Positions 12,483 through 26,800 of a DNA stretch of 64,000 nucleotides are shown one piece after another. How positions within the stretch are numbered: position 1 is the stretch's first letter; every line of letters starts with the position of its first letter. The DNA is from Dimorphilus gyrociliatus (taxonomy: Eukaryota; Animalia; Annelida): positions 186,001 through 250,000 of the forward strand of contig CAJFCJ010000012.1 of the NCBI GenBank assembly GCA_904063045.1. Direction: 5' to 3'. The notes under the pieces are model-generated. The model worked only from the letters and a program-made list of their open reading frames with translations. It was not told the DNA's origin and did no database searches. The position numbers were made by a program, and so were the translations under genes.

Positions 12483-15400
12483 AAGTTCATTTTAAAATTT
12501 CCTATTTTATCTCTCAAACTTTGTTCTAAAGACGTAATTGAGTTCGATTTCAACACGAAATCTTCGATCAATATATATTTTATATAAATTACTTTGATAA
12601 TGTTTTTGCTACTATTGAGTGTCTCAAAATGATGCTATCTCGAAAAAGTATTATTTCCCTATAAGGTAAATAACAAATTATAAATTTAAATCATCATTTG
12701 ATGATAGAATAAATAGAGTAAAATATTGTTTATACTTTGTAATATGTTACATACTTAAATCATCAGTTTTAAGTAGGCCGTTTTGTCATATGATATAAAA
12801 AACAAAAATTATTTATATAGACAATAGACGATTTACTATGTAAATATTGTAGAATAAAGAATGTGTTGTATAAAACTTTGTGCCAACACCGGTACTCCTA
12901 CATATTCCATAGAGACGAAAGATGGCGCCCTACCTTGTTCTTTATAGTTTACTTTTCATTTTTCATAAATTAGATTAAAAATTGCAAAATAGGTTTAAAT
13001 TATAAATACAGTATATAAATATGTGTCACTTAGATATATATATGTGTGATAATTTGTGTGAATAATCTTGTTAAATTTTTAAGCTTCTTCATCAACCTCC
13101 CTAGATTTTTTTTAGCAAAACAGGGCAGATTGAAATAGTACCCAACTTCAGAAAATTCCAATGTTTCTAATGTCTAAATTAAAAATTAAAGGGAACAAAG
13201 AGAAGTTTATCCTTTAAGTTAATTATTATCTATTTTTAGACTTTATTTTAAGAAAGACATAAGAAGGATGTTGTAACAGCAAAAGTAAGCTATTTTTTCC
13301 ATTGATTTCAGTTAACATATAAATAGGAAAGTGATTTTTGTATGTAATTCAATATTCAAATATTACGACTCCTCTTTAATAAAATTGCAACTTGTTTCTA
13401 AGAAATTTCTAATGCTCGAGGTGTATTTGTCTCAGCATTTCTAACACGCTAAGATTCTTATATCCATCTTAATATCTATTTTACAAAATAACATAGTATA
13501 TAAAACAAACGATGTACACTATGAAATATAGCTTGTGTAACTATCCTCTTTTTTGTATCAAATTCTCATCCATATCGGTTGAATTCACAACTATATTAAT
13601 TTATCCATCTGCCTGCTTTCATTAACTTTTATATATATATATATATACATGTATACAAATATATATATATATATATACATATATATAATGATGCTTCATC
13701 CCATAATAAATCAATATAGAAATAATTTTGTAAGATTATTCATTGTAATACTCTGACCTATATTTTTATATTTTTTTACTTTAAAAGAGGATGTAGAAGA
13801 CTTGATAAGTAGAGTGTTGATTGATATTTCATAAACTTTTACATATTAGAATATATATAAATTTATATATAACAATATATGATTGAAATAAACCTGTTAT
13901 ATTCATAAAACATTGCACCATAGTTTGTCATCTTCAATACACTTGAAGGTTTTTGGGTTAAGTAAGTTCGAATTTTTTATCCCTTTTGGTAATATATAGG
14001 CTTTAGATGTAATTATTATCGCTTTAGGTCAAAAATGATATAATACAATCACATAAAAACATCAAAGCGGAAGACAAGCAATTAAATATTTTAATTATAG
14101 AATAAACGAAATACTGAGAGTGTACTTTCAGAGGCTATTAAGTGTGTAATTGATGTCCTTTTCGGGTTATAACTTGGGAAATATTGAGTGAAGGATGTGG
14201 GAATAGAAGCGAAGAGGGAGTATCCTCTATATTTTACAATCGTGGTAAATATAGTATTTTCTTTTTGTTTCAAAGATTAAATTCTTTACCAACCCAATTA
14301 AGTTCTATTTATTCTATCTTTGATTTTCTGCTTTATTTTCTTATTCATAAACGAACTTCAATAAAACAATATGCAACAAATTAACTCATTCTCCGTCTAG
14401 CTTTTATAATTTAATCTAATTTTATATAATTAATTCTAGAATTTAATGACGTCTTTTTTGGCAATTAATATATATATATATATTAGTAATATATTTATAT
14501 ATATTATTTAATCAATAAATTACTTCAAATCTCATCTTTCCTCTCTTTCTCCTGTTACATTGCTTTTGTCAATTTCCGTGAGAAATGTTCAGATCGATAG
14601 AAAGATAGAAACCGTAAAAACGTTTCACACAAAAATAATAGTCAGAAATTCAATCATCCCCAGCCTAAGGATTCTTATTCCTATTCCAGTTGAATTTGAT
14701 CTTTAATTGGATACTTTATTAAAAGTCAAATACCTATATTTATGCTCTACTTTTATACTTAAATGTGTTTTTTATATAATTTTTCTTACTGCATTAATTT
14801 CATATTGCGTAATTTTGTCTAAATAGGTTAATCTAATTGTTAAGATAAAGAAGAGAAGAGAAAACAATGAATAACATATAGGTCTTAGTCTTTCCTAGGG
14901 GTTCGTTACTGTTAAAGCGGGATTATTCTTTTCAAAAGATTATACTACTTTTGTGCGGGTAAGTTATATTTTTTTACCTTTTTCTAGTAGTTTTTTCCAA
15001 TACCTTCTTCGAATTGCAAACAAGGCAAACAAGGCTGTAGAAGATGCAAATACTTATTGATCGGTTTCGTTATAAATATAAAAGATGAGCTTTAAAAGAA
15101 ACTCCCTGCTAAAGAGAGAAAAACCTGACGAAATTAATTCTTTTCTCTTCAAAATAGCAAATTATATCTATCTATATTTCTTTTTTTCTCATATCTTTCA
15201 TTCGAATAGCTAAACTCAAAACAGCCTTATATCCCTATTTACTCTTTTGTCTACTTATACTTTGTAATAATAAGTTGTATAAGAATTCTTTTATAAATAT
15301 AATAAAAGACTTACGTTGAATAAATATAATGTTTTCTTTGAAAACAATAAAAGTAACACAAACATCTTTAGTATTTATTTACTTAATTACAAATGGTATA

Positions 15401-16909
15401 TTTGTAGTTTTAAGTAGTTAGTCATCATCTGCAAATTCCAGACCTTTAAAGACTGTCGCGTAAGAAGAATAAGAATAAAAAGAGAGACTAAACGTCTACT
15501 AACCTGATGGAAAATTCTGATATTTTCTTTTTTATATAACAATCATTAAAGTATTAAACAAAACGAATAGTGAAGAGTAATATAAAATTAGTTTTTCCTT
15601 CTCTTAACTTCTTCTACAACTCCTTACAGGTTAGTTCTTAACTTTAATAGATAATGTCCATAAAGATGACTTTTATACTTTGTTCATTATAAACTACAAA
15701 TAGACTTAAAAATTAAAATTTTTCCTAATTTAAAGAGTTAATATCAACAAATTAGTATAATTTGTATACAGTATATATAGTATTTATATTTTATTTATAG
15801 AATTTTGCATATAAATTTTCTCTTTTCATAAATAATCACTCATTTTTTGTAATTTAATAGATGATAACAGAAAAATGAGATAACCTTGAAGTTTTTACTC
15901 CCTTCCTAGTATTGTGTACAGTAAGCTATAGTATGATGCTTCTTAAATGCCTTTTAAATTCAATATCTGATACAGACATCAGAAAGAAAATCGCAAATTT
16001 ACTGACGAAAGGAAATTCGATCTTGGTGGCCTTATGACTGGGCCTAAGATTGTCATAATGTCTGGAAGAGAAACAAATTTTACTTAAGCACCACTCAATA
16101 GGAGACAGTATTACAATTTCAGGAGAACTTTTCTGTGAAGAAAAAACTATATTAGCATTAGTAAAGACAAGAAGGAAGACAGAGGTCCACATTGATATTC
16201 CAAGGGATTTATCTTTGCCTGCAACTCATGTCTTTCCTCATACAGTTATACTTTGTAGCAAGAATTACAGAGCTTTTTATTACAAAATAGCACTTAATGA
16301 AAGAAACAATAGAAGTTGAAGAGTGACCGAGCAAATTCTTCAGGTCTCGATATGTTTAAAAACATTAATAAACATGCGGCAACTGTAACCTATATAGATA
16401 TGAAACAACTTTTAAATATGAAATTAGTTCAAATTTGTCTCCGTCTCTCGCTAGAATTGTTTTACTGGTTGGAGAGCATTAAAAACACTGGTTTTATTAT
16501 CTATCCCTCGTTTTTTTCTCTACATATTTAATGAAGAAGTAGTTTGAAGTCGATTTTATAAAATCTGTAAAAGTCACTAAAAAGTCTTAATCCTTATCAG
16601 TATATTTAATATTTGTAATAGAAACCAGAAGCGTGGTGTTTTTTTTTCATATTAACATCATAAGTTAAAAAATTATGTGCACATTTGGAATATTACTAAC
16701 GATTTTCCTTTTCTATGAGCTATATATATAAATTATATAGATATATATACAGTATATACACTCGATATATAGAGAATACAATTTAGAAAATCAATTTTTA
16801 CTTTCGATAAAAAAAGAGAGTTACAAGAAGTCTGATATAATTAAATATATTCCATTGATTGGTTTTAAAAGGGTTAATTTGTAAACGTACGAATTCAGAT
16901 TCATTTAAC

Positions 16910-16962
16910 TTTTTTTTTTTTACGTTTTACTCTCTCTCTCTCTTTTTTTTTTTTTCTTTATT

Positions 16963-17000
<38 letters not shown>
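16910..17000. repeat. Polypyrimidine tract: poly-T, (CT)n and (TTTC)n
   Basis: About 10 TTTC units at 16961-17000, preceded by CT and T runs. Confidence 0.9.
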
Positions 17001-17001
<1 letters not shown>

Positions 17002-17817
17002 ACATTGAAAAAAATATGCTTAAAAACCTTTAAAATATTTATGAAATATTTAAACCATCTTATTCAAATAGTCTCTTCCTTTTTTCTCTATGCATATTTA
17101 TTAAGTAAGAAATGTTGTAAAAAAAACAAAAGATCATCCAATTGATAAATTTAATTACGGTTGTAATTTGTTCGTGGAAAAAAAAGAGAATTGATTTATT
17201 GATAATTACTGAACAGATGTATTCTTATAATTCAATGTAAATACAATAATCATTATATGTTACAAGTATTAGTTAATTTATGAAAAGGGACTTTTCCATT
17301 TATACCATTAATATATTAATATTTAAATACGAATGTTTCTTAGGAATTGCTAAGTTTCTTCAATCTCTTACTCTTAGGGTTATAAAGGAAGGAATAAATT
17401 AAAAAATAAAAGAGCTCCTTGAACGGTATATTTGCTAGAAATCGATCGATCATGTTCAAGGAAAAGAAAGTAACCTTGGGTAAGAAAATGTATCGTTTAT
17501 AACAAACGATATTTAAAAGGTACACAGAGGCTTTATTTCGTAAATACATTTAAAAAATCACTTGGGACGAATAAAAAATAACTGTAGATGGTAAAAAAAG
17601 AAGGCGTAAAATTTTCATTTATTTATTTCATTACTTTCTTTATATTTATATACCAAAAGAGAATATTTTTAAAAGCTTTAAGACATTTACAATATAATAC
17701 ATAGTCCATTAAAAGTTAAATGAACATTTGGCTAGTGTTAGACAGTCTGTAAAAGGCTTACATCAGCGCCATCTAACAGTTCCACAAAGTGATATACATG
17801 GCTTAGTATACTTCGGG

Positions 17818-20800
17818 ATGTCGTCTTTACAACACAATTCAACTGAGAATATATCAAATCAACTTACTGCTGTTACAATAACATTGCTGACTTTGCAGAT
17901 TATCGTGTTTATAGTTGGTATTATAGGAAATTCGTTAGTAATTTTTGCTATAACATTTTACAAAGGAGTTCGACGTAAAAGCGTTGCAAACTATTATATT
18001 TGGAATCTGGCACTAAGCGATGAACTTTTTGTTTTAACTCTTCCATCAGAGATTTACGCAAGTTTAAGTTATGATTACATATTGGGTAATTTTTTATGTC
18101 AATTGTTCAATGTATTCAAGGAAACGAACCGTATTTGTTCTGTTTGGAATTTGGTCGCATTAAGTGTTGACCGTTACTTAGCAACTTTTCAAAATCGTTC
18201 TCACCTAAGGACAATTAATCGAGGAAAAGCGGTATGTTTATGTATATGGATAGGTTCTATGCTTGTGTCAACACCCTATTGGTTATACGCCGGTACAATA
18301 TACTATAAAGAGGATAACAGGCAGGATCAGTCTACCAGCTTATAAAATTAATTACTATTAACTAATATTACACCGATATATTTAATTATTTGCAATATCT
18401 CTCGAAACTTTTAAAACAAACACAGGCCTTTAAAATAAGGATAAACTAATTAATACTACTATTCTACTTGTAGGAATATGTTAATATTTTCGTATTTTAG
18501 AACTAAAATTAGCTACAGAATTAATAATTAAATTCATCTTAGAATTCTTTTTGATTTTATAGGATTTACTGCTCGCCGTCATAAAATTTCTAGCAGAAAG
18601 TGAAACTATACGTAGACATTATAATATATAATTATTTAGTTTTTATGGATCGCATCCAGGGATCAACATTATAAAATATACTTATCTTTGCAAAAAGAAA
18701 GTAAAAGGTAGGACAATATTAACACAATAATGATAAAGTCTCTTTAGCGCGTATAAGTTTCCAATTTAGTTTAATTGTTATTGTATTTCATCGTACAAAT
18801 TCCTGGAAAATATCATTCGTTTAAGAACAAGTAGATTATTTTAACGGCAAACGTCAGCATTTTTATCATTATGAGCAACAGCAATCAATATTGTCTAGCT
18901 ACTGGTTCAATCTACTAATTACCTCTCACATGTCTCTATATTGGAACAAAAAATTGTAATAGTATTTTCTCAGACCATTGTAGGTAATGATAATTATTTT
19001 CTGATAAGACTCTGTTCCTTCTATTGTGATTTATTATTATTATTATTATTATTATTCTGCCGGAAATTTCCATTCAATTTAAAGGATAATAGAGAAAGAG
19101 ATCGTTATTTTTAATACCTATGTAGATGCATCGATAAAAATTCCAAGTATTTTTCACGAAAAAGATGCACTCTCTCCTCTCTCACCTTTCTGTGTTCCAT
19201 CTTTTCTTTCAAACATTCTCTCAGGCAAAGAAAGTAGAACTTTATGCATGAAATCTAAATTTAACAATAGGCGCACACCCTTTTCCTTTTATATTTTCAA
19301 AAAAAAGTAGATCAACTGTTAACCTAATTAAATTTATTTACCAGAATCTAAACATTCTTCATATTGTCATCCTTCATTTTTTTAACGTCACCAATAAAGC
19401 CATTTTCGTCTAAATTTATTTACAGAGAGACTACAAGTTATATAACCTAAAATATTCACTTAGAACATCTAATATCTATATATTTGTCATTGTCCCTAGA
19501 ATACTATTAAATTAAACTTTAACCTCCAACATTTACAAATTAAATAAACTAATTAAGATTGTTTTTATGCAATTTTATATTAGTTTGCACCAAAAAAAAG
19601 ATAGAAACAGTCAAAGAGAACGCTAATGTATCATTTTTCTATTATTTAAATATTAGCTAGTGATAAAATATTACCTTGAAATGAATTATCTTATTAGTAA
19701 TGTATCAATTAATATGAATATATTGTATTGTACAATGTTTAAAGATTCAAAATGATCTATTTTACTAATATACCTAACGTTAATTGCATAGACTAGGCTT
19801 AGTCTCACAAGTGTATATGTATATACTTTTATATACATAAATTCAAGCTATTGACTGATCCTACCTATAGAACTTCATGCCAATTTAATATTTACAATGT
19901 TACTATCAATGGTGTTAATTTTGGATATTTTTGGCCAAATTTCCAATTTGCAATGGGAGCAGTTTTACCATTTTGTATAATATTAGTTAGTTATGTTCTA
20001 CTTTTAAATCGAATGAAGATAATACTCAAAGCGAGAACCTCGAAAAAGAAAGGGCCTTCTAAACGAATGACAAGAACCGTAATTGTGGTTGTTCTTCTTT
20101 TCGCTATCCTTCAAGCTCCTTATTACGCTTTTGAAGTGGTGAATAGTGTCATCATTGAAAAGCAAATGTTTACCAATGATATAATACTTTTGACTATTTT
20201 AACCAAGTTAGGTTATCTTTTTGGTGGTCTTGCCTCTCTGACATCTTGCATTAACCCAATTATTTATGGTCTTATGAATGAAAACTACAGTGAGTATATA
20301 CTATATATATAAATTTATTGTGTAGGTAATAGGTAAAAGATATTTTGACATCAATAGAGAAAAAAATGCACAAACAGTCAATTAATAATTCTAATAGGCT
20401 AATTTTAAACTTCTTTTTACTCAGTGTAAAAGTTAGGTGTGGCTTTCTTTGTATTATGGTGTAGCTTTTTAAGAGGAAATAGAAGAATTTACCAACAAAT
20501 TGTCATAAACACTCTGGTGATACTAAATAATATACTGTGCATATACAGTATAATATTTATACAAAACAGCTAAATAGTCAAAAGAAGCTGTGGTGAAAGC
20601 AAGATAAGTTCAAATGATATTACGTAATAACTCAATTATTAAGGCAATGGCCGGAATAGGAATGTTATAAATGCAGCTAAAAATAGTATGTTTTTATTTA
20701 AGTGTAATTCTCTGAAAGAAAAGTCAATAGTAGTTATTCTAATATAGTAAAAAAAACTGACCTAACTCTTTCCAAGTTGATGGTTAAATTACCCTCAAAT

Positions 20801-23800
20801 AATTAATGAATATAGTAGTATAAATGCTAAAAAAAGATCTGAAACAATAGCTTGAAATAAAATATATTAAAATCAATAACACGAAAGCTATGTATAAGCA
20901 TTAGGGAATAATAATCAAAACACGATAATTTGTCTTTCATTTAATAAACAGGATAAAATGTAGTTTAATTTTTAATATTTTTGAGAAAATTTCTCCCGAA
21001 TTTCTCTATGAAAGAGAAATTTTCATTCCTTTAGACAAAGCTTAAAATAAATCAGATATTTTTGTTTTTTTCCTTCGTCCCTCCCTTTCCATTTCTTTGT
21101 TCTATTTATAAGAAACTCTTGTAGGATATAAAATGTATAGTATCGTATATACTACGTAAGTTTCACACTCTATCAAATTGATTGAGTCCCTTTTATTTTT
21201 AAAGAATTTAGCTTGTCGGTTTTACTTTTATTGTAGATTTTTTGCTATTTTTAAGTGTACGAAATAGATCTATAATTCAATAATAGTAAAAGAAAAAAAG
21301 GAAAAATTTTAAGGGTTTCCATGTATAAAACGTTGAGTTTATAAATAGCTTTATGATACTCATATTTTATTTATACCATATTTATGCATGTACATTAATA
21401 GGTAATGTATGATACCGTATATACCATTCATTAGTTAGTTAATATAAATCTTGGGTGAGAGAAAAAATAGAACTACCTTGAACTTTAAATAGAAGAATGA
21501 GGTACTCATGATGCTCCATTTACGAAACGCATTATACTTTTGGAATGCATATATAATAACTATTTCTTCGTTCTTTTATACAATTTCAATATTTCATTAT
21601 CAAGTTACGTGACAGAAACTGAAAGACTATTTCCTACTAGTATGGATCAATTCATAAAAAAAAAATATAGCCATTGCCATTTAATTTTATTTCAGCAACC
21701 GTAATCAATACAAACAATTGTAAGATATATAGTTAAACTTTATTCTCAGTATATATAATATCTACAAATTTATTTTTTCGCTTATTAATTAATAATAATT
21801 TGTCCTTTTAGAAATAGCTCTTATAACTAGCAAAATATATAGCTAATAACAACTGGTAATAAGAAAAATGATATTACCAAAAAATTATCTCGTTAATTTT
21901 GATTCTAATAACATTTTCTTAAGAAAAGTCAGTTACGAAATAATATTTATCTTCATTAATATCTTTAATGCTATTAACCATATTTCAATTTATACAGTAT
22001 ATACTATATTTAAAAATATTTAATTAATATTCCTTCTATTTTTATATATACAGTGTATCTATGTTTAAAGATAGCTACTTTGATTGATATATAGTTTATA
22101 TTAATAAGATATTTATGTATTAATATGCATATATTTCGCATCTATATATTTTATTTACTAAATTTCAATAGTATTGTTAACAGTACATTAGCTTTTGATA
22201 TGATAAATTGACTAATAAATAAAAAATCAATATTCTCTTTCCAAGGAAACGCTAAATGTGCTAAATGTAATAATTTTAATTTCTTTTTAATTAATAAATA
22301 TAGTTAATTGTTAATTGAATAGGCTTTTTTTATTAGTTAATCAATTAAATTAATAGTAAATTAAGATTTTTTTGGTTAATATTTTCTATATTTCTATATT
22401 TTATACTAAGCTGATGTCAAGGCAAAAAGATATTTTTATAAGGTAATTAACCTCCCCACTTCTCTGTTGTAAGACTGCATCAGGTCATAAACAAAAAGAA
22501 CTAAGTAATAGCTTAATAATAAATACAATTATTAAAGTTGATATTTTAATATTTTTCCTCTTTTTTTATAAATTATTACAATTTTTCATTAAAACATTTC
22601 TGATAGAAAATAATTGAAAAAAAATGGCCTGTACATCATAAAAATATATTTAGCACATACAGTTCTAAATGCTATATCCAATCTTTTAGTAATTACTTTT
22701 ATACAGATAATTAGTTTTTTCACCATATCTGAAATCTAATCGGATTTTATTTAAACTTTCAATACGTATGCTAAAAATATATTCTTTACAAATTGATACC
22801 AGTCAAACGTTCATTTGATTAAAATTAAAAATTCTCTAATACAGGTCTAATGCATATGATTTGGAACAAAATATTTGTTTCTTTTAAACAATGTTGGAAA
22901 TTCTCTTTTTTTCTCTCTCTCTCTTTTTCTGATTTCCTCTCTTCAGAAAAATTTTCTGAAAGATTCTCTCAATTAATCACGTAAGCATTTACATTGGGAT
23001 TCTTACTTAAAAAATATAATAGGAAAATATTCTAATTTCGCAATAAAAACATTGCATATTGTCACATTCGACATTTCGTTTAATAAATTATTATATATGG
23101 TGAATTAGGTATTTTATTTATCCTAAACAATATTAGTATTCTTGCATAAATATACTAGTAGGCATATAAATATGCAGTATGCTATATATATATATATTGT
23201 AGTTTTGAATATAATTCTTTACAAATGTAAACTAATACTAAGGAAGCTAATGTGTTATAAATCTATTTAGACTACTATCTAAATATTCGTTCATGTATAA
23301 AAAAGTGTTTTAGTGTTTTATTCCATGTGGTTTTATTTTCTTCTTCTTCTTTTTTAAACTAAAAAAAAGATATGGTATTGAAAGGTATTATCAAAGATTA
23401 CAACAGTATTCCATATTTTTTCTCTATCAACAGGCAGTTAGGTACTTTAAATTTTTACATATATTTAATATAATCAAAAACTTAAGTAGCTGATGACAAA
23501 AAAAAGCCGACTATTTTGTGACTTCCTCTTAAAGGAAGGGCAAAATGCTAACTCCTTTCCCATAGGAAACTCAAAATATAATATATATTTTTATATATAC
23601 TTATACAAACATTCTATACGTAAGATGAAAAAGAAACGGTTCGCACCGAATATTTTTATAAAAAGAGATGAATTACTAATTGAAATTATCAAAGTTTTTG
23701 TCTTTATATAATAAAAAAAAAGACAATTATGGTAAAACTTGCAAAATCTTTGCATGCATAAGCTTTCTGCTACCTGCAATGAAAACTCTTGTTATAGTTA

Positions 23801-26800
23801 AAAAGCAATTGGACTATAAAAAATCATTTGTCAATTAGTGAGAGGAAATATCAGTTTGCTTGTACTTATTATATTAGAGTTAAATTGAAAGGTGAGAAAT
23901 ACAGTAAGGTGAAAAATTCATCTTGTTAAAAAAGAAATAATCAATAATTTAATCAGCCTTCTAACCTTTTCATATTATAATTAATAGTCGAAAATGCGTT
24001 AGGTTATAAGTTCCTCTTCATTTTACATCTATGATAGGTGAAAAAAATTATTGACAGCTCGATTACCTTATTTATTCTATGTGGTCAGATAATAACTTCC
24101 GAGCTAAGAACAAAGTCCTCCTGGTCAATAATTCCTAGAAAGGAAGTTGTTACATCGATTTTACTGAGCCATTGTTAGATATTTTAACTTCAATTTTATT
24201 GAAGCTAAATGACTTATTTTACTGAAATATTCAAAAGGTTCAACACTTTTATTTTTTGTTCTTTAAAAATAGATTTAATAATTAAATCAAAAAAAATTTT
24301 CTCTATTGTAAAATATTCCTAAAATACAATATATTTTTTATATAAATAAATAAAAGTAAAATGGAAGAATAGAAGTAAAAGTAATTATACAAAAGGAATT
24401 TTAAAAAACTTCAGTCTCTTTGATAATTCTAAAATAGTGATATGTAATAGTAATCATTGTAGTAGTAGTATTGTAGAAAATTGTCAGATCTTTTATTCGT
24501 TAATTTATTCACTAATGAATAAATATAGAATATGGTAGAAAAATGCACTAAATTTTAAATAATACGTATTTTATAGAAAAAGAACTTGATGTATGTTTAA
24601 TACCTTGGGCATCTTCCTCTTGCATTAGAATTTAGTTAAAATAGTAAAGATTCTGTTTTCTTTTTTCATTTCCAAAGAGCATTCCTTTATGTTTTATTTA
24701 ATTATTAAATTTCATTTTTTTTCTTGCTATTTAAATAATTAATCAATTAAATGGTTTGAGAAAATAAGCTTTAATACTATGTTGTAGTACTAAGGAAAAA
24801 GAAAACTTTTAGAGTATATATTGTTGACTTTTTAACTTCAACATATCCATGTGGTTAATATTTCAAAGTAAGCGAGCAATTACTCTAGAAACATCAAGCC
24901 TAAATTAAGAACAAATCTACGTTGAAAACATAGACCGCAAAATAAGAGAATGGACAGAAAATTCTCTTTCCCAAGGAACCCGTCTTTGTCTTTGGCCTAA
25001 GAAAATCCCTTATGTTATTGAATTTGACTTGGAAATAACGAACTGTTAAGCGAAACGCTTTTAACTACACTTTATGCCAAAAGCCATCTGTTTGATGATT
25101 TTAGTGTAAAATTCAAATCTAGTTTAGGATAAAAATTGCCATTCGAATTGAATTATTTAACTATTATTTAGATCAATCAAATATTAAAATTTCTAGTTAA
25201 ATATTAAAAAAATCCTTGTAATTAATTTGTCGTCTCCAACCTCGTTTCCAACTTGCACTATCTTCTTTCTCTCTTTCCATCGTCCAGAACTATATTATAA
25301 ATTTATCAAGCTCTCAGTTTACACTTACTACGGTCAACAAATACTCTCAAATCCTTAAGTAGAGATTTTCTCATCTCTAAAATTTCTCTATTGAAGCATA
25401 AAGAATAAGATTGTGTAAAAAAAATTATCGGGAGTATTGGGGAGAGAGGATGTAAATCATATATACATATATTTACTTAAATATTTGTATTACGTTGAAA
25501 TCTATACCGCCTCTCTATAACGTCTTTCTATCTAGATAGAATGTAGGCGGGAAAAAATTAAAGATTAAGGACCAAAGAACAAGGTTCTTAATACCCTGAA
25601 AACCAATTTACACTTCCATTAGCTTAATATAGCGGCTTTAAAGACATTTTACGATAATCTTGGAATAATTGTTTATTTTCATTTCATCTTATAGAAATCG
25701 TTAAAATGTTTGAGTAGAAAAGTTAATACAGTATACTGTGTAATGTGTTTTTAAACTAAATAATTCAAAACTAATAATACAATTCTAAGGAAACTTTTTG
25801 CATTAGAGTTTATAGAAAGACTACTAATAGTACTGTTTCCTCTCATTAGCATAAGTTCTTAATTAATTAAAACCAAATTTTTATACTTATAAATGATAGT
25901 TTTAATATAATATTTTACAAAATGTATAGATTATATTAGAGCGTTTTCCTCTATTTAGCTTTTGTATCATTCTAATCAATGCTCAATTCGTATCTCTCTC
26001 TAAAAAAAATGTATACCAGCATCATTTAAAAATTATTAATTTTTCAAGTGAATAAAGTCATTTTTAGGTCACAAGGAAATGATAAAAAAGAGAGATTTCA
26101 CTCTTCAGTTTTTTTAAAAAAAAAAGAGAACAACAAAATTTTTTTTTTTTTTTGAGATAAAACCATAATGTATTTTTTTTTTCTTTCAACCTCTAACCAT
26201 CATCCCAATTTGTCAGCGTCATCTGTTACAAAGTTTTCCTTTGTTTTTATCCTCCTACTATACGATATACCTGAAAAACAAGTCCACCTTTACAAATTCT
26301 AATTATCCAACAGTATAGCTAGGAAATGGATTTTAGAATGTTCTTTTGAGGTTTGATATGAGAATTATTTCCATCTATTTGACTCTTCACTCGAAGATAT
26401 TTAAGAGAATAGAAAAGAGATTTGTATTTAAAATATTCTATGGAAGGAAGATATCGTTTCTCAAATTAAATTACTTAAGAAATTACTACTAATAAAATAT
26501 CTAGAAAACCTGAATCGGTTTTCTATAACTGTCTTTTCTGACCGTTTCCGTTTTAGAGGTCATTCTGTTACAGTTATTGCTTAAATAATGAATAATGAAT
26601 ATTCACAAGTATATAGCACGGAGTGTCAATTTTTAACAATGCGTTTTAGAATTCATTCTAAAAATAAACATACTGATGTGCACAATATAATAAATAATAT
26701 ATGCAACAGTTGATCTAACAGTGAAAAGAGAAGAAACTCTTTTTTAGTAGTCTTGACTGAAACTAAGAACTAAGGAAGGTTCAGCTATAATGCCAATAAT

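Noticed and set aside
15926-16192. Minus-strand 88-aa ORF with a signal-peptide-like start
   Set aside because: No domain or splice support; the hydrophobic start is easily produced by AT-rich sequence.
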